Source of the DNA: an uncultured Peptococcaceae bacterium | Lineage (GTDB): Bacteria > Bacillota > Desulfotomaculia > Desulfotomaculales > Desulfocucumaceae | Assembly (NCBI GenBank): GCA_964643075.1 | Contig: CAZXQO010000001.1 | Coordinates: 106,961-130,960, forward strand | Direction of reading: 5' to 3' | Length of the DNA: 24,000 nt | In this document: in pieces, positions 17,270-23,136 of the stretch | Layout of the letters: each line of letters opens with the position of its first letter | Position numbering within the stretch: position 1 is the first letter of the stretch | Notes under the pieces: generated by a model | Told to the model about the DNA's origin: nothing | Seen by the model: the letters and a program-made list of their open reading frames with translations, nothing else | The model's database searches: none | Position numbers and translations under genes: made by a program

Positions 17270-18004
17270 CTACAAAAGAAGTGATCGCCAGTTCACTTTC
17301 GCTTCTATTACCTCCACCAGACGCCCGGCCTGGCTGGACTCGACGCTCACATCCGGCAGATAGGGCACGATGCCCAGGATGGGCACCCCGGTCATCCCTT
17401 CGATTACCTCCGGATTGGTCCGTTCCGCCAGGGTGGCCTGCTCTTTCCGGTAGCCGTTGATAATGATGCCTTTTACCTCGATCCCTTCCCGCTGGGCGTA
17501 CCGCACCGTTAGTACTGTATGGTTAATGGTGCCCAGCCCGGGCCTTGCCACTACCAGTAATGGTAGCCCCAGTAACCGGGCCAGGTCGGCCATTGTGAAA
17601 TGGTAGTCCAGTAGCGGGACACAAATCCCGCCGGCCCCCTCCACAAGAACCACTTCACTCTCACCAGCCAGGCGTTGGTAAGCTTCTGCCAGCAATTCCG
17701 GGTCTATGGCCTCTCCGGAAAACCGGGCGGCAAGGTTGGGAGCAAGGGGCTGGCGGAAACAGCAAGGGTTCATCTCCCTGCTGGAATAGGGCAATCCCGC
17801 AGCTGCTCTGTAAAACAGGGCGTCCTCGGATAAAAGCCCGTCCTCGCTCTCAATGCCTCCGGTCTGCACCGGCTTTAGGGCTGCTGCCCTGACGCCGTTT
17901 TTTCTAAATACTCCCGTCAGGCCGCCGGTAATTACCGTCTTGCCCACACTAGTGTCGGTTCCGGTGACAAAGTACCCCCTGGCTATATTTACAGATTGTT
18001 TCAT
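17270..18004 (-). CDS. bioD: Dethiobiotin synthase
   Basis: P-loop FVTGTDTSVGKT, then EGAGG and a length of 244 aa. GGAGGC RBS at 18016-18011. It is the first gene after the promoter and operator. Confidence 0.9.
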   Translation of the reverse strand: MKQSVNIARGYFVTGTDTSVGKTVITGGLTGVFRKNGVRAAALKPVQTGGIESEDGLLSEDALFYRAAAGLPYSSREMNPCCFRQPLAPNLAARFSGEAIDPELLAEAYQRLAGESEVVLVEGAGGICVPLLDYHFTMADLARLLGLPLLVVARPGLGTINHTVLTVRYAQREGIEVKGIIINGYRKEQATLAERTNPEVIEGMTGVPILGIVPYLPDVSVESSQAGRLVEVIEAKVNWRSLLL

Positions 18005-18021
18005 GCAAAGGCCTCCGTCTT

Positions 18022-18052
18022 TGTTAACTATACCTAGCCTATATGGTTAACA
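18022..18052 (-). promoter_or_regulatory. BirA-type biotin operator (bioO)
   Basis: A perfect inverted repeat, TGTTAAC (18022-18028) - N17 - GTTAACA (18046-18052). This matches the TGTTAAC...GTTAACA operator type I recall for Firmicute BirA. It lies between the -10 box and the bioD RBS. Confidence 0.7.
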
Positions 18053-18054
18053 TA

Positions 18055-18083
18055 AATATAGTACGGGCATCTCCCTTTGTCAA
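18055..18083 (-). promoter_or_regulatory. Sigma-A-type promoter of the bio-fab operon
   Basis: The minus strand reads TTGACA (18083-18078), a 17-nt spacer, then TATATT (18060-18055). That is a consensus -35 and a 5/6 -10 at optimal spacing. Confidence 0.65.
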
Positions 18084-18191
18084 CTTTGTTTATTATTGGT
18101 GGTTTACATTTATTACTTCAGCCTTGCGCAAATTTAGTTGGAATGCTGAGCGCTCATTGAAACTAATTGGTTCTTAATGGGGTGCTAAAAT

Positions 18192-18230
18192 GAAAATTAA
18201 GCCATCCCATATGAGGATGGCTTAATTTTC
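18192..18230 (-). terminator. Rho-independent terminator after trpS
   Basis: A perfect 16-bp stem, GAAAATTAAGCCATCC (18192-18207) with GGATGGCTTAATTTTC (18215-18230), has a 7-nt loop. The minus-strand 3' arm ends in TTTTC and is followed by ATTTT. It starts 38 nt after the trpS stop. Confidence 0.75.
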
Positions 18231-18267
18231 ATGCAGGCGGTACCGGATCATCATTATAATAAACATG

Positions 18268-19242
18268 TCATCTGTTCCAATAATCCAGACCAACGTTACG
18301 ACGGGCCTTATCAACATAAAAAGACGCCGCCTGTCTTGCTTTCATGGCTCCCTTTTGCATGGTCTCCACAACAAATTGCCTGTCCTTGGCTAATCTGGCC
18401 CTTTCATCGCGGCATGGGGCAAAATATTCCCAAATGGTGGCGAATATCTCCTTCTTTACGTCCCCATATCTGAGTCCCGGGGTCAGGAACCTTTCCTTCA
18501 ATGCTTCCTTCCCCGCATCATCCAGAAAGAGCGTGTACAAATCATACAGCACGTTGCCTTCCACCGGCTTGGGCTCGTCCACCGGTATGGAGTCGGTTTT
18601 TAACTTCATAATCTTGTCTTTAAGAATTTTTTCGTCAGCAAATATTTCAATAGTGTTGCCATATGATTTGGACATCTTCTGCCCGTCGGTGCCGGGCACC
18701 GTGGCCACATCCCCGGCAATGTCCGGCTCTGGAACTACAAATGTTTCCCCATAGATGTTATTAAATCTTATGGCTATGTCCCTGGCCATCTCCAGGTGCT
18801 GTTTCTGGTCCTTACCCACCGGGACCCTTTCACCGCCGTAAAGCAGTATATCCGCCGCCATCAGCACCGGGTAGGCAAAAAGTCCGTGGTTGGCCGGGAT
18901 ACCCCTGGCAATTTTATCCTTGTAAGAGTGGCCGCGCTCCAGCAGTCCCATGCCTGTAACATTGGAAAGCAGCCAGGTCAGTTCCGTTACCTCCGGAACA
19001 TCAGACTGTACCCAGAATACGGACTTATCCGGGTCCAGACCCAGGGCCAGAAAGTCGCAGGCCGCATTGAAGGTTCCCTGGCGCAGTTTGTCCCCTTCAA
19101 ATACGGAAGTAAGGGCATGATAGTTAACAATAAAACAAAACAGTTCATTTTGCTCCTGGTAATCCACCATTCTTTTCATCATGCCGAAATAGTTGCCCAG
19201 GTGCAGGGTGCCGGAAGGCTGTATTCCCGAGAGAATGCGCAT
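18268..19242 (-). CDS. trpS: Tryptophan-tRNA ligase
   Basis: 324 aa. MRILSGIQPSGTLHLGNYFG carries the HIGH-type motif TLHLGN, and KMSKS is present. Size and pattern are those of bacterial class-I TrpRS. Confidence 0.95.
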   Translation of the reverse strand: MRILSGIQPSGTLHLGNYFGMMKRMVDYQEQNELFCFIVNYHALTSVFEGDKLRQGTFNAACDFLALGLDPDKSVFWVQSDVPEVTELTWLLSNVTGMGLLERGHSYKDKIARGIPANHGLFAYPVLMAADILLYGGERVPVGKDQKQHLEMARDIAIRFNNIYGETFVVPEPDIAGDVATVPGTDGQKMSKSYGNTIEIFADEKILKDKIMKLKTDSIPVDEPKPVEGNVLYDLYTLFLDDAGKEALKERFLTPGLRYGDVKKEIFATIWEYFAPCRDERARLAKDRQFVVETMQKGAMKARQAASFYVDKARRNVGLDYWNR

Positions 19243-19276
19243 TGTTTCAGCAACTCCTTATGATTTTCTTTTTCTA

Positions 19277-19954
19277 TTATACTGATCCCATAATGTATAC
19301 ATAATTTACTATTTGATATAAAAAACTCAGGGCGGGGGATAGAAAGAACCCCAGAACCCTGCTTATCATGCCGGTAAAGAGCAGCAGCAACAGTATTATC
19401 ATGCCATACTGCTCCAACTGGTACAGCCAGTTCTGCCGGCCGGGCAGGATACCTGCCAGAATCTTCGATCCGTCAAGAGGCGGTACGGGCAGCAGGTTGA
19501 ATACCCCCAGGAACAGGTTAATGAGCAACATGTTCTGCAACATACCCGCTATTATAGCCCTTTCGAACGGCATGCGGGCCATGGCCAGGCCCAGCAAAGG
19601 GGCAGAAACCAAAGCCAGCAAAAAATTGGTGGCGGGGCCCGCCAGAGAGACCAGCATCATGCTCCTTTTCACGTCGCCGTAAAAATTGTTCGGGTTTACC
19701 GGAACCGGTTTGGCCCAGCCGAAACTGAAAAAAACCAGCATCAGAAAGCCTACGGGATCCAGGTGGGGTAGGGGGTTCAAGGTCAGGCGCCCCTGATAGT
19801 AGGCCGTTTTATCGCCCAGTTTGTATGCTGCCAGCCCGTGGGCGTACTCATGAAAGGTTAAACCCACTATAAAGGCCGGTATAGACAGCAGCAACTGAAT
19901 AGGGTCCGGTAAACTAAACACCTCGGCTCTCACCCTTTGCTTTGCAAAATTCAA
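19277..19954 (-). CDS. Site-2 protease family (M50) membrane metallopeptidase
   Basis: HEYAHG (HExxH) lies in the first TM region, with NLLPVPPLDGSKIL as the second motif. The protein is polytopic. The track start at 19954 overlaps the upstream gene by 41 nt. GTG at 19921 (AAGGGTGAG RBS, 8-nt overlap) is a more likely start. Confidence 0.85.
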   Translation of the reverse strand: MNFAKQRVRAEVFSLPDPIQLLLSIPAFIVGLTFHEYAHGLAAYKLGDKTAYYQGRLTLNPLPHLDPVGFLMLVFFSFGWAKPVPVNPNNFYGDVKRSMMLVSLAGPATNFLLALVSAPLLGLAMARMPFERAIIAGMLQNMLLINLFLGVFNLLPVPPLDGSKILAGILPGRQNWLYQLEQYGMIILLLLLFTGMISRVLGFFLSPALSFLYQIVNYVYIMGSV

Positions 19955-22556
19955 CCAGAAAACTCTTTTCTTCCTCTTCAGTACTAATACCGCCGTCCAA
20001 CCTCTCCCGCCACAGCGCCCCCAACGCTTCCCTGTATAACGGACCGGGCTTAAACCCCATCTCTTTGAGGAATTTACCGCTTACCACAGGCTTGTTGTCC
20101 CTGATGGCAGTAAGTATCTGGCGCAGCCTCACCCTCATCCACTCCTCGTCCAGAATGGTCAGCAGCAGGGGGTATGATTCCCTTGGCATCAACATTATGT
20201 TTTGTGCCATCCTGCTGATCCGGTCCTGGTTTGGGGACCGCCAGACCTTCGCCAGGGCTTCCCGCCAGGATTTCAGGGTGGTGATTATTTTTTCCGTCTG
20301 CCGTTTGCTCAGGTTATAACGGCTGCAAATTTCCTCCGCCACCTCCGGATCGGACCAGTGCAGAACGGCAATCATGTATGGCAGCCACTTTTCTCCCGGC
20401 TCCGGAAAGCCCCACTGTTTTAACATGTTAATGGAACGATGCAGGCCGTTCAGCACCGGTTGGACTTCCCAATAGGTTACCCCCGGAAAAACCTGCGGCC
20501 AGACACCCAGGGTATTTAGCCGGGAGAGCATCTTGCCTGCCTCCGGCTCGATCAGTATGTGGTAAAGTTCGTCCCATACCCTTTCCCTGGACACCCGGGC
20601 CATTACCTTTTGCCTGACGGCTTCTTTAAGCAGTTTCAGAGTCTGGGGTTCTATATTTATGTGGTATCTCTGTTCAAACCTGACAGCTCTCAAAATCCTG
20701 GTGGGATCTTCGATAAAACTCAGATTGTAAAGCACCCGCACCAGCCCGTACTGGAGATCCTCCCTGCCGCCGAAATAGTCCACCAGATCCCCAAAGCGCT
20801 CTTCATTCAGGGCCACGGCCATGGCGTTGATGGTGAAGTCCCTGCGGTACAGGTCCTGGCGCAGGGACGAGCTTTCCACCTGGGGCAGGGCCGCCGGATA
20901 TTCGTAATATTCCACCCTGGCGGTGGCTACATCCACCTTAAAACCATCTTCAAAAATCAGTTCAGCAGTCCCGAATTTGGGGTATACCCGTATTTTTGCT
21001 CCCAATTGCCCGGCCAGTTTTTCGGCCAGGGCAATACCGTCCCCCTCCACCACCAGGTCAACGTCCAGGTTCTCATAACCCACCAGCAGATCCCTTACAA
21101 CACCACCGGCTGCATAAAGCTGGTAACCCATTTCCGCCGCCATCACACCCGCCTGGCGGATCATCCCCCATACTGCGGGGTCAAGACCGCGGCGCATTAC
21201 CTCACTAATATTTTTATAGTAGCTCTGGGGGCGAATATTCTCGTCATACACCTTTTTATGGTTATTGTGGTAGTCACCGTGCAAAGTGCGCAGCACATCG
21301 GTACGGGATACCAACCCCACAAGCCTGCCGTCCTGTACCACCGGCACCCGGCCAATATCATTTTCAATCATTATTTCCTGAACTTCCGAAACGGGCATAT
21401 TAGAGGACACCCGGATGACATTGGTGGTCATAAAGCCTTTCACCGGAGCATGGCCCAACCCGTGTTGGCCGGCCTTTTCCACGTCCCGGCGGGATATAAC
21501 CCCGACAAGTTTATCCCCCTCCACCACCGGGAGTCCGCTGTGCCCGTAACGAAGCATAACCTGTCCAGCCTCAGTCATGGACATGCCCTTGTGTACGGTT
21601 TTTACCGGGCTGGACATTATATCCAAAGCGGCCAGGGGTGGCTTCACCTTATCCTGAATGGTAAGCACCAGTTTTTCGGCAATTTCGTTCACTTCGGCGT
21701 GTTTGACGGTGGCAGAAGCCGCCGCCTTGTGCCCCCCGCCCATAAATGGGCCAAGTATTTCCGCCACATTAACCTGAGGAATATTGCTCCTTCCCACTAC
21801 ATGGACCCTGTCTTCCATTTTGACCACGGTGAATACGGCGTCCAGACGTTCGATCTCGGAAATGGTATGGGTCAGCATGGCCAGCCCCACCACGAACTCT
21901 TCCACCACCGCCCGGGCTATCAATACTTTAACCCCGTTAATCTGGTGGCGTTCGGCAGATACCAGCAGTGATTTAAGCAGCGCTTTTTGCTCTTCTGTGA
22001 GGGGCCTGCCCAGGAATTCGGACACCACAGAAAGGTTGGCCCCCTTTTCCAGTACAAAGGACACTGCAGCAGCATCCCTGGGAGTGGTGCTGGTAAACAC
22101 CAGCGACCCGGTATCGCCGTATATACCCAGGGCAAATATGGTGGCTTCCAGGGGAGTTATATTTATGTCATCTTGCTTAATCCTTTCCACCAGCAGGGTG
22201 GCGGTGGCCCCTACCATTTCCACTACTTCCAGCGAACCACGGGCATCCTCGTCCGTCCAAGGATGATGGTCATAAATATGCACATCCACATCGGACCGTT
22301 CCAGAACTTCCGCCAGTTTGTTTATGCGCCTGGGATTTTTGGTATCCACCAGGATAATCCTGGTTATATCCTCTGAATTTATTTCCTTCAGTGTTCTGAC
22401 GGTAAAGGCGTCCTTGTGCAGGGACATGAACTCCTCAACATTTCTGGAGAGTTTACCGGGGAAGACCAGTTGCGCCCCGGGGTATAATTTCTGTGCCGCT
22501 ACCATGGCGGCCAGAGCGTCAAGATCTGTGTTAGTATGGGAGGTTATTATTTCCAT
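19914..22556 (-). CDS. Multidomain DHH/DHHA1 phosphoesterase, tandem CBS and CCA-adding/poly(A) polymerase-family tRNA nucleotidyltransferase fusion (880 aa)
   Basis: From N to C: HTNTDLDALAAM and IYDHHPW (DHH), then GGGHKAAASA (DHHA1 GGGH). Two CBS-like units follow (IMSSPVKTV..GLPVVEGDKLVGVISRRDV and FMTTNVIRV..GRVPVVQDGRLVGLVSRTDV). Then come AAGGVVRDLLVG..LDVDLVVEGD and YRRDFTINAMA (nucleotidyltransferase head) and a helical tail. Confidence 0.85.
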   Translation of the reverse strand: MEIITSHTNTDLDALAAMVAAQKLYPGAQLVFPGKLSRNVEEFMSLHKDAFTVRTLKEINSEDITRIILVDTKNPRRINKLAEVLERSDVDVHIYDHHPWTDEDARGSLEVVEMVGATATLLVERIKQDDINITPLEATIFALGIYGDTGSLVFTSTTPRDAAAVSFVLEKGANLSVVSEFLGRPLTEEQKALLKSLLVSAERHQINGVKVLIARAVVEEFVVGLAMLTHTISEIERLDAVFTVVKMEDRVHVVGRSNIPQVNVAEILGPFMGGGHKAAASATVKHAEVNEIAEKLVLTIQDKVKPPLAALDIMSSPVKTVHKGMSMTEAGQVMLRYGHSGLPVVEGDKLVGVISRRDVEKAGQHGLGHAPVKGFMTTNVIRVSSNMPVSEVQEIMIENDIGRVPVVQDGRLVGLVSRTDVLRTLHGDYHNNHKKVYDENIRPQSYYKNISEVMRRGLDPAVWGMIRQAGVMAAEMGYQLYAAGGVVRDLLVGYENLDVDLVVEGDGIALAEKLAGQLGAKIRVYPKFGTAELIFEDGFKVDVATARVEYYEYPAALPQVESSSLRQDLYRRDFTINAMAVALNEERFGDLVDYFGGREDLQYGLVRVLYNLSFIEDPTRILRAVRFEQRYHINIEPQTLKLLKEAVRQKVMARVSRERVWDELYHILIEPEAGKMLSRLNTLGVWPQVFPGVTYWEVQPVLNGLHRSINMLKQWGFPEPGEKWLPYMIAVLHWSDPEVAEEICSRYNLSKRQTEKIITTLKSWREALAKVWRSPNQDRISRMAQNIMLMPRESYPLLLTILDEEWMRVRLRQILTAIRDNKPVVSGKFLKEMGFKPGPLYREALGALWRERLDGGISTEEEEKSFLVEFCKAKGESRGV

Positions 22557-22587
22557 GTTGATAACCTTTCAGACAAATTTAAAGCAT

Positions 22588-22616
22588 ATTATACCATATT
22601 CTAAAATAGAGAGAAA
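22588..22616 (-). promoter_or_regulatory. Candidate extended -10 promoter for the cca-fusion/M50/trpS operon
   Basis: The minus strand reads TGGTATAAT (22596-22588), an extended -10 with a perfect hexamer. A weak -35 TTTCTC (22616-22611) sits at a 17-nt spacing. The GAAAGG RBS and the ATG at 22556 follow. Confidence 0.4.
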
Positions 22617-22622
22617 GCCATA

Positions 22623-22862
22623 TAGGGCTACAGCACTACAGCGTAATATTGCTTATTTCGCTATGCCCGCTACGCCACGGGGACAGTTCCATCCTCTTCC
22701 CTTCGGCCCTTCGCTGCGCTTCGGGGACATGGGGACATTCATACGTTGGGGACATTCCCCGAAGGGGTGTGTCCCCTTTCCTTAGATGAGGTATGTCCCC
22801 GAACCTTATAACCGTCCCCATGGCTCCGCTATCTTTAAATTACGCTGTAGTATTAGGGCTAC
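22623..22862. mobile_element. MITE-like non-autonomous element. It is a 222-bp body (22632-22853) with terminal inverted repeats, flanked by a 9-bp direct repeat.
   Basis: The direct repeat TAGGGCTAC occurs at 22623-22631 and 22854-22862. A perfect 13-bp inverted repeat is ACTACAGCGTAAT (22635-22647) with ATTACGCTGTAGT (22839-22851). A sub-terminal imperfect inverted repeat is GCCACGGGGACAGTT (22673-22687) with AACCGTCCCCATGGC (22810-22824). No transposase ORF is present. Confidence 0.5.
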
Positions 22863-23136
22863 CTCAAAAACTAACCGACAGGATAGGATTGCCTCTCATG
22901 GATAACGATGAGATATATGCTTAGCTCCGGCAAGATGCTCCTGGTCATAACGAACCAGTCTTGTTTCATGCTGGTAACCACTACTCAGCCCCCCTTTTAT
23001 ATTGTATAATAGTGGTAGAGTTTGGACTCTCTGCCACAGGTTAAGTTGGATTACCTGCCTTACGGGGAGATGGGTAGTCCTTTGGGTTTTATTGGGAGAA
23101 AAAACCATAGCTCCGCATGAAAGGAACGAATAATTA

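Noticed and set aside
18101-18108. An isolated TGTAAACC-like half-site (minus strand) upstream of the bio -35 box that resembles a BirA operator half
   Set aside because: There is no inverted partner at an appropriate distance. A single 8-mer is not sufficient evidence.
20559-21971. A 470-aa + strand ORF, the longest plus-strand ORF in the window
   Set aside because: It lies entirely antisense to the 880-aa DHH-CBS-CCA gene, whose frame carries clear catalytic motifs. The antisense translation is His/Pro/Gly/Phe-rich low complexity with no motif. It has a GTG start with no RBS. It is best explained as a stop-codon-poor shadow frame of a GC-rich gene.
22636-22821. A 61-aa minus-strand ORF spanning the MITE-like element (MGTVIRFGDIPHLRKGDTPLRGMSPTYECPHVP...)
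   Set aside because: Its quasi-repetitive G-x-x-P peptide pattern is a direct translation of the repeated TGTCCCC/GGGGACA heptamers. There is no RBS. It is more likely a by-product of the DNA repeat than a protein, but it should be revisited if many element copies keep the frame open.
22896-23108. A 70-aa minus-strand ORF in the islet
   Set aside because: It has no usable RBS (GGAG is only 2 nt from the ATG) and no recognisable motif or hydrophobic pattern. It overlaps the candidate leader of the + strand coiled-coil gene.
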